Shown here: piece after piece, positions 10,292 to 21,726 of the stretch
Layout of the letters: each line of letters starts with the position of its first letter
How positions within the stretch are numbered: the first letter of the stretch is position 1
DNA from: an uncultured Spirochaetota bacterium
GTDB taxonomy: Bacteria > Spirochaetota > Spirochaetia > SZUA-6 > Fen-1364
Reading direction: 5' to 3'
Assembly: GCA_963781885.1 (NCBI GenBank)
Contig: CAWAHW010000005.1
Span: 32,001-96,000, forward strand
DNA: 64,000 bases
Notes under the pieces: generated by a model
The model's input: the letters and a program-made list of their open reading frames with translations, nothing else
Database searches by the model: none
Told to the model about the DNA's origin: nothing
Made by a program: the position numbers and the translations under genes

Positions 10292-11325
10292 AAGCCGCGC
10301 ACGCAATACTCCCGTTTGTTAAGGGCATGGACGAAATCGAGCGGCTCTGTCTCCTGGGGCTTTCCCATGTCGAGTTCCTGCGGCCCCGTGAGAAGCTCAC
10401 CCTGATCGCGCTCATGCGGGGCGCGGCCCCGATTTTCGATCTCGCGCTGCCCGACATCGCCCGGTTGGTCGGGAGAAAGCTGTCAACGGGGCTCTGGCAG
10501 CCCGGGAAGATCCTCGACGCGGCGCGGCACATGCAAAATGACTTGACCGAATGCGGCGCGCAAAGCATCTTTTACTGGGATACGAGGTACCCGGCCCCGC
10601 TTCGGGAGATCTACGACCCGCCGTTGACGCTTTTCCTTCGTGGAACGCTTCCTGACAACGGAGATTCTCTCGCAGGGATCGTTGGAACGCGATTGCCCAC
10701 GGGTGCCGCCCGGACGGCGGCATACCGACTGGCATTCGATCTCGGCCGGGAAGGAATCTGCGTCGTCTCGGGGCTCGCGCGCGGCATCGACCGCGAGGCG
10801 CATGAGGGTTGCGTGGAGGCGGGAGGAAGGTCCGTGGCGGTGCTGGGCAATGGCATCGACCAGATCTACCCCGTGAGCAGCAGGCCGACCGCGCGGGCTC
10901 TGCTGGACCGCGGTGGGGCGATCCTGAGCGAATATCCGCCCGGCGTGCCGCCCTTGCAGTATCATTTCCCTGCACGCAACAGGATCCTGAGCGGCCTGTG
11001 CAGGGCCGTGGTGATCGTGCAGGCGCCGGAGCGCTCGGGTGCCCTCATCACGGCGGAATACGCGCTGGACCAGGGCCGGGACCTGTGGGTGCACGCCGCC
11101 GGAATCCCGGGAAGCGCGGGGGCCGGGACGCGCCGCCTCGCGGACGCGGGAGCGCCGGTGGTGAGCGGTGCCGCGGACATATTGCGAGACTGGGGAATGA
11201 GCGCCACGGCATTCCCCATCGAAGCCGCGTGCGGGTCCGCGGCAGGATATTTGTCGCGGACGCTGAAGGAAGAGCTGGATGGCAACTGCGCCGTTCACGG
11301 CGGGGAAACATACTGGAGAACATGA
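10288..11325 (+). CDS. dprA: DNA-processing protein DprA (Smf)
   Basis: IVGTR, VSGLARGID, FPARNRILSGL, SGALITA. Confidence 0.95.
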   Translation: MKAAHAILPFVKGMDEIERLCLLGLSHVEFLRPREKLTLIALMRGAAPIFDLALPDIARLVGRKLSTGLWQPGKILDAARHMQNDLTECGAQSIFYWDTRYPAPLREIYDPPLTLFLRGTLPDNGDSLAGIVGTRLPTGAARTAAYRLAFDLGREGICVVSGLARGIDREAHEGCVEAGGRSVAVLGNGIDQIYPVSSRPTARALLDRGGAILSEYPPGVPPLQYHFPARNRILSGLCRAVVIVQAPERSGALITAEYALDQGRDLWVHAAGIPGSAGAGTRRLADAGAPVVSGAADILRDWGMSATAFPIEAACGSAAGYLSRTLKEELDGNCAVHGGETYWRT

Positions 11326-13646
11326 TGTCCAAAGAAAAGACGCCGCAAAAGCGCAGCGATGAAAAAACCGCTCTCACCACCGCTGCTCCGGACGCCGTGA
11401 AGGCTGCCACGGCCGGGACGCCGGCCCGACGCCCGGCGGGCAAGACGGGAAACAGGCGCCCCACGGCGGGCAAGAAGCAGATACTTCTCATCGTGGAGTC
11501 GCCGGCAAAGGGCAAGACGATAGAGAAATATCTCGGCAAGGGCTACACGGTGGCCGCCTCCATGGGGCACCTCATCGACCTGCCGAAATCGAGGCTCGCC
11601 ATCGACGTCGCGGACACATTCGAGCCGGAATACATCACCGTGCGGGGCAAGGCGAAGATCCTGCGGGAGCTGAAGCAGAAGGCGCGGAAGGCAGATGTCA
11701 TCCTGCTCGCATCGGATAATGACCGTGAGGGAGAGGCAATCTCCTTCCACCTCCGCAACGCCCTGCAGGTGGGAAAGACACCGCCGCAGATCCAGCGCAT
11801 TACGTTCAACGAAATAACGCCCAAGGCGATACGCGACGCGGTGGCGCACCCGGGTGTGATCGACATGTCGAAGGTCAACGCACAGAAGGCCCGGCGCGTG
11901 CTGGACCGCATCGTCGGATACTACCTCTCGCCGCTGCTCTGGAAAAAGGTGAAGAACGGGCTGTCGGCGGGACGCGTGCAGTCCGTGGCGCTGCGCATGA
12001 TCTGCGAGCGGGAAGCGGAGATCGAGGCGTTCCTGCCGGAGGAATACTGGAGCATCGAGGCGGAGCTGCGCAAGGGCAAGAGCCACTTTATGGCGCAGCT
12101 CATCGCCATCGGCGGGGAGAAGCCGGCCCTCACGACGGGGGAGGCGGCGCACGCGTGCGTCGCGGAGCTCGCACAGAGCCCGTTCGTCGTCGCGGAGGCG
12201 AGGTCCACGGAGAAGATCTCGCGGCCACGGCCTCCCTTTACCACCTCCACGATGCAGCAGACGGCGGCGAACAGGTTCGGATTCACCGCCAGAAAGACGA
12301 TGCAGATCGCCCAGGGCCTCTACGAAGGGGTCAATATCGGCTCCGAGCGGCTCGGCCTCATCACATACATGCGCACCGACTCGACCCGCACCGCGGAAAG
12401 CGCACTGGTGGAGGTCCGCGAGTTCATCGCCACAGAGTTCCCCGGCGAGCTTCCCGCGACGGCGAACGTCTATGCAGCGGGAAAGGGCGCCCAGGACGCG
12501 CACGAGGCCATACGACCCACGTATGTCACCCGCACGCCGGAGGAACTGAAGAAGCACCTCACCTCGGAAGAGTTCCGCCTCTATTCCATCATCTGGGAGC
12601 GCTTCGTCTCTTCCCAGATGAATCCCTCCCGCGCGAGCACGACGACCGTCGATTTCAGCGCGGGCCGCTGCACCTTCCGCGCGTCGAGCACGCGCATGGT
12701 GGAGAAGGGCTTCCAGAAGGCCCTGTCCCTCCTGGCCTCCAAGGAGCAGACCAAGGCCCTGCCCGTGCTGGAGATCGGGGAAGAGGTGGAGCGCATCGGG
12801 ATCACCCCCGCGCAGCACTTCACCATGGGGCCGCCCCGGTTCACGGATGCCACCATCGTGAAGACACTGGAGGAGAAAGGCATCGGCCGCCCCTCCACGT
12901 ACGCGCCCATCATCTCGGTTCTCCTGGACCGCTACTACGTCGTGCGCAAGGCGCGCCAGCTCATCCCCACCGTGCTGGGGAAGATCATCAACGACATGCT
13001 GAGCAAGTCCTTCCCCGAGCTCCTGGACCCCAACTTCACGGCGGCAATGGAGAAGCGTCTGGACGCGGTGGAAGAGGGAAGCTCGGACTGGCAGTCGATG
13101 ATCCGCGATTTCTTCGGTCCCTTCCAGGAGAAGGTGACATCGGTCCAGGAGACGCTCGAATCGGTCAAGGGCGTCATGGACGAAAAGACCGACGTGGTCT
13201 GCGACGTCTGCGGACGGCCCATGGTGAAGAAGCTCGGCCGGTTCGGTTTCTTCCTGGCCTGCACGGGCTTTCCGGAGTGCAAGAACACGAAGCCCGTGCC
13301 GCTTGCGGTCTGCCCGCGCCCCGGCTGCGGCGGCAAGATCGTCGCGCGCAAGCGCAAGAAGGGCCGGGGCCGCGAGTTCTACGGCTGCACGAATTACCCG
13401 ACGTGCGATTTCGTCACGTACTTCAAGCCCACGGATTCCGCCTGCCCGAAGTGCGGCTGGTTCCTCGTTGAGAAGGAAGACAAGCAGAGAGGCATGTACA
13501 AGGCGTGCATCAATCCCGAATGCGACTATCTCCACACAAAGGAGATGGCGGCGGCCGATGCGGCGCTTCTCGCCGCCGACGCCGCGGCCGATCCCGACGC
13601 TGCCCCGGCCCGGGAGCCGGGCACGGAGGACGACCAGAGTGCGTGA
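11322..13646 (+). CDS. topA: DNA topoisomerase I
   Basis: LLIVESPAK, DNDREGEAI, SAGRVQS, ITYMRTDS, GIGRPSTY, C-terminal zinc ribbons; start ATG 11322. Confidence 0.97.
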   Translation: MMSKEKTPQKRSDEKTALTTAAPDAVKAATAGTPARRPAGKTGNRRPTAGKKQILLIVESPAKGKTIEKYLGKGYTVAASMGHLIDLPKSRLAIDVADTFEPEYITVRGKAKILRELKQKARKADVILLASDNDREGEAISFHLRNALQVGKTPPQIQRITFNEITPKAIRDAVAHPGVIDMSKVNAQKARRVLDRIVGYYLSPLLWKKVKNGLSAGRVQSVALRMICEREAEIEAFLPEEYWSIEAELRKGKSHFMAQLIAIGGEKPALTTGEAAHACVAELAQSPFVVAEARSTEKISRPRPPFTTSTMQQTAANRFGFTARKTMQIAQGLYEGVNIGSERLGLITYMRTDSTRTAESALVEVREFIATEFPGELPATANVYAAGKGAQDAHEAIRPTYVTRTPEELKKHLTSEEFRLYSIIWERFVSSQMNPSRASTTTVDFSAGRCTFRASSTRMVEKGFQKALSLLASKEQTKALPVLEIGEEVERIGITPAQHFTMGPPRFTDATIVKTLEEKGIGRPSTYAPIISVLLDRYYVVRKARQLIPTVLGKIINDMLSKSFPELLDPNFTAAMEKRLDAVEEGSSDWQSMIRDFFGPFQEKVTSVQETLESVKGVMDEKTDVVCDVCGRPMVKKLGRFGFFLACTGFPECKNTKPVPLAVCPRPGCGGKIVARKRKKGRGREFYGCTNYPTCDFVTYFKPTDSACPKCGWFLVEKEDKQRGMYKACINPECDYLHTKEMAAADAALLAADAAADPDAAPAREPGTEDDQSA

Positions 13647-14556
13647 CGACTACCTGGTCTATCTCAGCGGCATCCGCAAGCTGTCTCCCCACACGCTGGA
13701 GTCCTACGGGAAGGACCTCGAGAAATACGAATCGTACCTTGGCTCCCGGGGCGTGCTTCCCGAGAATGCCGGCGTGGCCGATGCGCGCGGTTTCGTGGCC
13801 TGGCTCACGCACGAGGGGCTGTCCCCGCGATCCGTCAACCGCATGATCTCGGGCGTGCGCGGCTGGTATCGTTTCATGGAGAGGCGCAGCCTCATCGCCT
13901 CCAATCCCTTTGCCGAGATCCACAGCCTGCGCACGGAGAAGCGGCTGCCGTCATTCCTCTTCGAGGAGGAGATGGCCCGGCTCGTGGAGATGCCCATTCG
14001 CGAGCCCTGCGCGGACGGGGATGCCTTCTGGAAGCTGCGGGATCGCGCGGTGCTCGAGACGCTCTATTCCACCGGGTGCCGCATCTCCGAGCTCGTCTCG
14101 CTCGATCTGCACGACGTCGATCTGAAGAACCACTCGGCGCGCGTCATGGGCAAGGGATCGAAGGAGCGCAATGTCTTCCTTGGTGCCGCAGCCGTGGAAT
14201 CCCTGCGCGCATACATGACGCTCCGTCCTTTCCACGTCCGGGCCGCCTCGGGGGTCGACGGCGCGTCGGGACCGACGCCCGCGGTCTTCATCAATCAGCG
14301 GGGCGGGCGGGTCACGGACCGCGGCGTGCGCTTCATTCTCGGGGAGTACCTCGCGCGGGCGAATCTCGGCAAGCGGGTGACCCCTCACACATTCCGTCAC
14401 TCATTCGCGACGCACCTGCTCGATCGGGGCGCCGACATCAGGGCCGTGCAGGAGCTGCTCGGCCATGCGAGCCTTTCCACCACGCAGGTCTACACCCACG
14501 TGGGCATGGAGAAGCTGAAAAAGGTCTACAGGAGGGCGCATCCCCATGCAAGCTGA
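13639..14556 (+). CDS. xerC: tyrosine recombinase XerC-like
   Basis: [44 protein letters not shown]; GTG 13639; topA-xerC-hslVU context. Confidence 0.85.
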   Translation: MRDDYLVYLSGIRKLSPHTLESYGKDLEKYESYLGSRGVLPENAGVADARGFVAWLTHEGLSPRSVNRMISGVRGWYRFMERRSLIASNPFAEIHSLRTEKRLPSFLFEEEMARLVEMPIREPCADGDAFWKLRDRAVLETLYSTGCRISELVSLDLHDVDLKNHSARVMGKGSKERNVFLGAAAVESLRAYMTLRPFHVRAASGVDGASGPTPAVFINQRGGRVTDRGVRFILGEYLARANLGKRVTPHTFRHSFATHLLDRGADIRAVQELLGHASLSTTQVYTHVGMEKLKKVYRRAHPHAS

Positions 14557-15084
14557 AGAGATCAGGAGCACCACGGTGATCGCGGTGCGCCGCGACGGTG
14601 CGGTGGCGATGGCCGGCGACGGCCAGGTGACGATGGGCGCCACGGTAATGAAGTCCAACGCGCGCAAGATCAGGAAGATATTCGACGGCAAGGTGCTCGT
14701 CGGATTCGCCGGCGCCACGGCGGATGCCTTCACCCTTTTCGAGCGCTTCGAGGGAAAGGTGAAGGAATACGGCGGCGACATCACGCGCGCGGCCGTCGAG
14801 CTTGCCAAGGACTGGCGGACGGACCGGATCCTCCGGCGCCTGGAGGCGCTCCTGCTCGTTGCCGATCGCAAGGCCACGTTCCTCATCTCGGGGACCGGCG
14901 ACGTGATCGAGCCCGACGAGGGCGTGATTGCCATCGGCTCCGGGGGGAGCTTCGCCTATGCCGCGGCGCGCGCCTACCTGGATGCCTCCGCGCTGGGGGC
15001 GCACGACATCGCGGAAAGGTCGCTGCGCATCGCGTCGGGCATCTGCATCTATACGAACAGCGAAATCATCGTGGAGGACTTGAC

Positions 15085-15088
<4 letters not shown>
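14546..15088 (+). CDS. hslV: ATP-dependent protease peptidase subunit HslV
   Basis: [26 protein letters not shown]. Confidence 0.97.
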
Positions 15089-16512
<1,424 letters not shown>

Positions 16513-16585
16513 GAAGTCGAGCCTTGAGGACGGTGAAAAACAGGCCGAAAATGAAAGAGCAGAACGGCAAAGGGGGGTCGGGACA

Positions 16586-17005
16586 ATGATGTTCTCGGGC
16601 GCATTCGCAAAGAATCTGGAGCTTCTCACCCGGGAGATGGACGTGACGACGATGCGGCGCAACGTGATTGCGAACAATATCGCCAACGCGGACACCCCGA
16701 ACTTCAAGCGGACGGACCTCAATTTCGAGGCCCAGCTGAAGCGCGCCCTGGATTCGGAGAAGGCCACGTCGTCCTTCACGCCCTATCTCACGAACCCGCG
16801 GGACATTCCCTTTGACAAACCCATCGACTGGCAGCAGGTGCAGCCGCGCCGCGTGCTGGACTACCTCACCGAGTCGAAGAACAACGGCAATAACGTGGAC
16901 ATCGAGCAGGAGGGCATCGATTCGCTCAACAACCAGCTCATGTACACCACGCTCGCCCAGGTCATCACGAGCGAGTTTCAGCGCGTGAATATCGTGTTGA
17001 GATAA
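16586..17005 (+). CDS. flgB: flagellar basal-body rod protein FlgB
   Basis: ANNIANADTPNFK, NNGNNVDIE; start ATG 16586. Confidence 0.95.
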   Translation: MMFSGAFAKNLELLTREMDVTTMRRNVIANNIANADTPNFKRTDLNFEAQLKRALDSEKATSSFTPYLTNPRDIPFDKPIDWQQVQPRRVLDYLTESKNNGNNVDIEQEGIDSLNNQLMYTTLAQVITSEFQRVNIVLR

Positions 17006-17025
17006 GGACGGGAGAGGAGATCGCT

Positions 17026-17483
17026 ATGGGCATGTTCACCAGCATCTCGACGGCAGGCTCGGGGCTCACCGCGGAGCGCATGCGGCTGGACGTCATCGCG
17101 GACAACATCGCGAATGTCAACACGACACGCACCACGGAGGGCGGCCCCTATCGGCGCAGCCGGGTCATCTTCGCCCCCGGGTGGAGCAGCCCTACTGGCG
17201 CAGCCCGTTCCTGCCGGGCTTCCTGCAAGACAAGATCGGGGAGGGGGTCCGGGTGACGTCCATCGAGAAGGACTACGCCTCGGACACCCGGCTCGTCTAC
17301 GACCCCACGCACCCGGACGCGATCAAGACGGGCCCCAAGACGGGATACGTGGAGTATCCGAACGTGAACATCGTGAATGAAATGGTGGACATGATCGAGG
17401 CGAACAGGGCTTATGAAGCCAATTCCTCGGTGATCGCCGGCACGAAGGCCATGTTCCTCAAGGCACTCGAGATCGGGAGGTGA
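17026..17483 (+). CDS. flgC: flagellar basal-body rod protein FlgC (apparent 1-nt deletion in C-run 17174-17178)
   Basis: IADNIANVNTTRT in one frame; YDPTHPDA...PNVNIVNEMVDMIEANRAYEAN in the next. Confidence 0.92.
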
Positions 17484-17486
17484 TGA

Positions 17487-17819
17487 ATGGCACTCATTGA
17501 TCCGGCACAGGCCATGGGCGACGTCGTGAAGCTCGCGCGGACCAACCCCCTGCACATCGCGGGCATCGGCGAGGACGCAGCCCCGACGACGGGCGTCGAG
17601 CAGAAGTTCGGCGACCTCCTGGCGAGCGCTTTGGGAAACGTGAATGACAGCCAGGTCAACGCGATGAATCTCTCCCAGCAGATGATCACGGACCCGAGCT
17701 CGGTGAACGTGGAAGACGTCACCATCGCGCTGGCAAACGCCAACCTCGCCCTCTCGATGACGAAAGCCATCGTGGACAGGGCGCTCGCGGCATATCGGGA
17801 AATCATCAATATCAGGTAA
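17487..17819 (+). CDS. fliE: flagellar hook-basal body protein FliE
   Basis: C-terminal AYREIINIR; between flgC and fliF. Confidence 0.92.
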   Translation: MALIDPAQAMGDVVKLARTNPLHIAGIGEDAAPTTGVEQKFGDLLASALGNVNDSQVNAMNLSQQMITDPSSVNVEDVTIALANANLALSMTKAIVDRALAAYREIINIR

Positions 17820-17869
17820 AGACGGAAGCGGAAGAGGAAAAGGCATACAGGGCATGACGGGGAGGGGAC

Positions 17870-19570
17870 ATGAACGATTGGTTGAAGAGGATCCGTGAGC
17901 AGCTGAAAGGGCTGTGGTCGCGGTGGAACAGGACGCAGAAGATCGTCCTGTTCTCCATCATCGGAGCGAGCGTTCTCGCCATCATTCTGCTCATCGCGTT
18001 GAGCGCGACCCCGGCGATGGTGCCCATCATCTCCGCCCAGGTCACCGATGCGGACACGCGCCAGCGGATCAGCGCCGCCCTGGACCAGAACCACATCAAG
18101 TACCAGCTGCACGCCGACAACATCTTCTACGCGGCGGACAACGAGACGGCGATGAAGGCGAGCAATCTCCTGTTCCAGGAGAACCTCATCCCCAAGGGCA
18201 CCGACCCGTGGGCCGTCTTCAACACGCAGAGCTGGACCACGACCGACTTCGAGCGCGACGTGAACCTCCAGCGGGCCGTCACCCGGCAGCTCCAGCAGCA
18301 CATCCTTGCCCTGGAGGACGTCGACGCGGCGAGCGTCGTCCTGCAGATCCCCCAGACGGAGCTGTTCCAGGCCGACCAGAAGCCCGTGAGCGCTTCCATC
18401 CAGATCACGCCGAAGCCCGGCTCGGACTTCACGACCAATCGGAAGAAGATCGAGGGCGTCCAGCGCCTCATCATGCTCGCCGTGGCCGGTCTGACGGCGG
18501 ACAACCTCGTCATCACCGACAATACCGGCGTGCAGCTCAACGACTTCACCGGTCTCGAGGAAGTGGACAGGCTGGAGCTTGCGAAGCGCGAGCTGAAGCT
18601 GAAGCAGGACCTGGAGGCGAAGTATACGGGGGACATCAAGAACGCCCTCAGCGACATCTTCAGCCCCGACAGGGTGCAGATCCTCAAGATCGACATCAAG
18701 CTGGACATGAGCAAGGAAAGCTCCACGGCGAAGGAGTTCTCCCCCGTGGCCGTCGTGCCGGCAACCCGCTACGCCGCCGCCCAATATGCCCCCTCCATCG
18801 CGCGGTCTACCCAGAACACGGAGGAGCATTTCCAGGGCACCGGCTTCAGCCCTGAGGGCCCCGCGGGCGTGGAGGGCCAGACGACGCCGGCGTACAAGGA
18901 CCTGTCCAACCTCGTCGGCAAATACGACAAGACCTCCCAGACCACCAACAACGAGATCAATGAGAAGAACACGACAACGGAAAAACAGCCCTGGGACATC
19001 AAGGGAATCGGCGCCGGTGTCGCCATCGACGGCGTCTGGAAATGGAAGTATGATAAAGGGGGGAAGGTTCTCCTGAACCCCGACGGCAGCATCCAGCGGG
19101 AATACGTGCCCGTCTCGGATGATGACCTGGCAAAGGCCAAATCCCTCATCCAGGCGGCCATCGGATTCAACAGGGACCGCGGGGATACGGTGGACGTGCA
19201 GACCCTCCCCTTCGACCGCACCACCCAGTTCACGAAGGAGGACGGGGTGTTCCGCAGGCAGCTGCAGGTGCGGCGCATCATCTACGGCGTACTCATCGGT
19301 CTGGGCGCGCTGCTCATCCTGGCGCTTGCCTATCGCTTGGTCGCCAAGGAGCTGGAGCGCAGGCGGCGGTTGCGGGAAGAGGAGCTCGCGCGGCAGCACC
19401 AGGCCATGCGGGAAGCGGCGCTGCGCACGGCGGAGGAACAGGGCGTGGAGGTGGAGCTGTCCGTGGAGGACCGGGCGCGCCTTGAGATGCAGGAGAACGC
19501 GGCCAACATGGCGCGCGAGCATCCCGAGGACGTGGCCCAGCTCATCCGGACCTGGCTCGTGGAGGAATAG
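17870..19570 (+). CDS. fliF: flagellar MS-ring protein FliF
   Basis: two TMs, TTTDFER, C-terminal PEDVAQLIRTWL. Confidence 0.95.
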   Translation: MNDWLKRIREQLKGLWSRWNRTQKIVLFSIIGASVLAIILLIALSATPAMVPIISAQVTDADTRQRISAALDQNHIKYQLHADNIFYAADNETAMKASNLLFQENLIPKGTDPWAVFNTQSWTTTDFERDVNLQRAVTRQLQQHILALEDVDAASVVLQIPQTELFQADQKPVSASIQITPKPGSDFTTNRKKIEGVQRLIMLAVAGLTADNLVITDNTGVQLNDFTGLEEVDRLELAKRELKLKQDLEAKYTGDIKNALSDIFSPDRVQILKIDIKLDMSKESSTAKEFSPVAVVPATRYAAAQYAPSIARSTQNTEEHFQGTGFSPEGPAGVEGQTTPAYKDLSNLVGKYDKTSQTTNNEINEKNTTTEKQPWDIKGIGAGVAIDGVWKWKYDKGGKVLLNPDGSIQREYVPVSDDDLAKAKSLIQAAIGFNRDRGDTVDVQTLPFDRTTQFTKEDGVFRRQLQVRRIIYGVLIGLGALLILALAYRLVAKELERRRRLREEELARQHQAMREAALRTAEEQGVEVELSVEDRARLEMQENAANMAREHPEDVAQLIRTWLVEE

Positions 19571-19573
19571 GAC

Positions 19574-20701
19574 ATGGCAAAGCAGGGAGCACGGCCGGCA
19601 CCGGCAGCGCCGCGCGAAAGGCAGGCGCCCGCGGAAGAAAAGGCCTCGGCGGGCGGCGCGGCGGGCGCGAAGCGCGAGGCGAAAGGCGGCGCAGGCCACA
19701 AGAAGTCGCTCACGGGCCGGCAGAAGGCGGCCGTCTTCCTCGTCACGCTCGGCTCGGAGATCGCCTCGGAGATCTTCAAGCACCTGCGGGAAGACGAGAT
19801 CGAGCAGCTCACGTTCGAAATCGCGCGGCTGGAGAGCATCGAGCCGCAGGAGCGCGACCAGGTGCTCATGGAGTTCCACGAGCTGATGATGGCCCAGGAG
19901 TTCATCTCCACGGGCGGCATCGACTACGCGCGCGAGCTGTTGGAGAAATCCCTGGGCACCCAGAAGGCCGTGGACATCATCAACCGTCTCACGAGCAGCC
20001 TCCAGGTGCGTCCCTTCGATTTCATCCGGCGCACCGATCCGGCCCACCTCCTGAACTTCATCCAGCAGGAGCACCCGCAGACCATCGCCCTGATCCTCGC
20101 GTATCTCGAGCCGCAGAAGGCGTCGGTCATCCTCGGCAGCCTTCCGCACGAGATACAGTCGGACGTCGCGAAGCGTATCGCCACCATGGACCGCACCTCC
20201 CCCGAGGTGCTCCGCGAGGTGGAGCGGGTGCTTGAAAAGAAGCTTTCCACCCTGTCCTCGGAGGACTACACCGCGGCAGGCGGCGTGGAGAGCATCGTGG
20301 AGATCCTCAACATGGTCGACCGCTCGACGGAGAAGACCATCGTCGAATCGCTGGAAGAGGACGACCCCGAGCTGGCGGAGGAGATCAAGAAGCGCATGTT
20401 CGTGTTCGAGGACATCGTGCTCCTGGACGACCGGGCCATCCAGAAGGTCCTCCGCGAGGTGGACACGGCGGAGCTCGCCAAGGCCCTCAAGAGCGTGGAC
20501 TCCGAGGTGCAGGACAAGATCTACCGCAACATGTCCAAGCGCGCCTCCACCCTTCTCAAGGAAGACATGGACTACATGGGTCCCATCAGGTTGAAGGACG
20601 TGGAGGAGGCCCAGCAGCGCATCGTCGCCATCATCCGCAAGCTCGAGGAACAGGGAGAGATCGTGGTGGCTCGCGCCGGCGAGGAAGAATTGGTCGTATG
20701 A
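19574..20701 (+). CDS. fliG: flagellar motor switch protein FliG
   Basis: GGIDYARELL, EHPQTIA, MFVFEDI. Confidence 0.97.
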   Translation: MAKQGARPAPAAPRERQAPAEEKASAGGAAGAKREAKGGAGHKKSLTGRQKAAVFLVTLGSEIASEIFKHLREDEIEQLTFEIARLESIEPQERDQVLMEFHELMMAQEFISTGGIDYARELLEKSLGTQKAVDIINRLTSSLQVRPFDFIRRTDPAHLLNFIQQEHPQTIALILAYLEPQKASVILGSLPHEIQSDVAKRIATMDRTSPEVLREVERVLEKKLSTLSSEDYTAAGGVESIVEILNMVDRSTEKTIVESLEEDDPELAEEIKKRMFVFEDIVLLDDRAIQKVLREVDTAELAKALKSVDSEVQDKIYRNMSKRASTLLKEDMDYMGPIRLKDVEEAQQRIVAIIRKLEEQGEIVVARAGEEELVV

Positions 20702-20708
20702 CGACGAA

Positions 20709-20790
20709 GAAATGCGCGGAATACCGCGCTGGGTGGAAATGCGCGGGATACCGCGCCGGGTGGAAATGCGCGGGATACCGCGCTGGGGTG
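20709..20790 (+). repeat. tandem array of three 27-bp hairpin units
   Basis: GAAATGCGCGG(A/G)ATACCGCGC(T/C)GGGTG x3 between fliG and fliH. Confidence 0.9.
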
Positions 20791-20799
20791 GTGTAAAGA

Positions 20800-21717
20800 A
20801 TGGCAAAGAACGTCTTCAGACCGCAGGACATCATGTACAACTCGCGCAAGGTCTTCATCGAGCCGCCGAAGATCGTGGCGGAAGAGCCGGTGGAGGAGGC
20901 GGAGGCGGTCGAGGAAACCGGCGAATACACCGGCCCCACGGTGGACGATTTGCGGAAGGAAGCGGAGCAGTTCCGCCGGCAGTGGGAAGAGGAGAAGAAG
21001 GAGCTGCTTGCGAAGGCGCAGGCCGACGCGGAAAAGATCCGCAAGGACGCGGAGAAGGTCGCCTTCGACGAGGTGAAGCGGAAAAACAACCAGGCGCAGA
21101 AGATCCGCCAGGACGCGGAGGACCAGGGGCAGGCGATCCTCGCCGAGGCACGGCAGAAGGCCGCGGACCTCGAGACGGACATCAAGCAGCGCGTCACGAC
21201 GACGGAGCGGGAGGCCTACGAGCGCGGCTACGCGGAAGGACACGGCAAGGGTTACGACGAGGGCAAGGCCGAGGTCCAGCGTCTCGTGGAGAGCCTCCAT
21301 TCCATCATCACGCGGGCCATCGAGAAGCGCAACGAGATCATCCAGGAAGCGGAGACACAGATCATCAATCTCGTCCTCCTCATCGTGAAGAAGGTGATAA
21401 AGGTCATCTCGGAGAACCAGAAGAACGTGGTCATCAACAACGTCGTGCAGGCGCTGCGCAAGCTGAAGAGCCGCGGCGACGTGGTGATCCGCGTGAATCT
21501 TTCCGACCTGGAGCTCACCTCGGAGCACGTGAAGGATTTCATGAAGATGGTGGAGAACGTGAAATCCATCACCGTGCTGGAGGATTCCTCGGTGGACAGG
21601 GGTGGATGCATCATCGAGACCGATTTCGGCCAGATCGACGCGCGCATCTCCTCCCAGCTCCACGAGATCGAGGAGCGCATCCTCGAGCTCATGCCCATCC
21701 GGGCCAAGGGCGAGTAG
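20800..21717 (+). CDS. fliH: flagellar assembly protein FliH
   Basis: GxxxG repeats (GYAEGHGKGYDEG); GGCIIETDFGQIDA. Confidence 0.95.
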   Translation: MAKNVFRPQDIMYNSRKVFIEPPKIVAEEPVEEAEAVEETGEYTGPTVDDLRKEAEQFRRQWEEEKKELLAKAQADAEKIRKDAEKVAFDEVKRKNNQAQKIRQDAEDQGQAILAEARQKAADLETDIKQRVTTTEREAYERGYAEGHGKGYDEGKAEVQRLVESLHSIITRAIEKRNEIIQEAETQIINLVLLIVKKVIKVISENQKNVVINNVVQALRKLKSRGDVVIRVNLSDLELTSEHVKDFMKMVENVKSITVLEDSSVDRGGCIIETDFGQIDARISSQLHEIEERILELMPIRAKGE

Positions 21718-21726
21718 GAGGGCGGC

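Noticed and set aside
9326-14556. Two tyrosine recombinases as integrases of a mobile element carrying dprA-topA
   Set aside because: Both have XerC/XerD-type motifs and sit in the conserved spirochaete ftsZ-xerD-dprA-topA-xerC order; no att sites or cargo were seen.
16525-16551. Possible sigma28 promoter upstream of flgB (TGAG-N15-GCCGAAAA)
   Set aside because: The -10 element is plausible but the -35 match to TAAA is poor; it cannot be supported without TSS data.
17170-17185. Programmed ribosomal frameshifting in flgC and the other split genes
   Set aside because: No shared slippery heptamer or stimulatory structure; shifts go in both directions and resemble indel errors.
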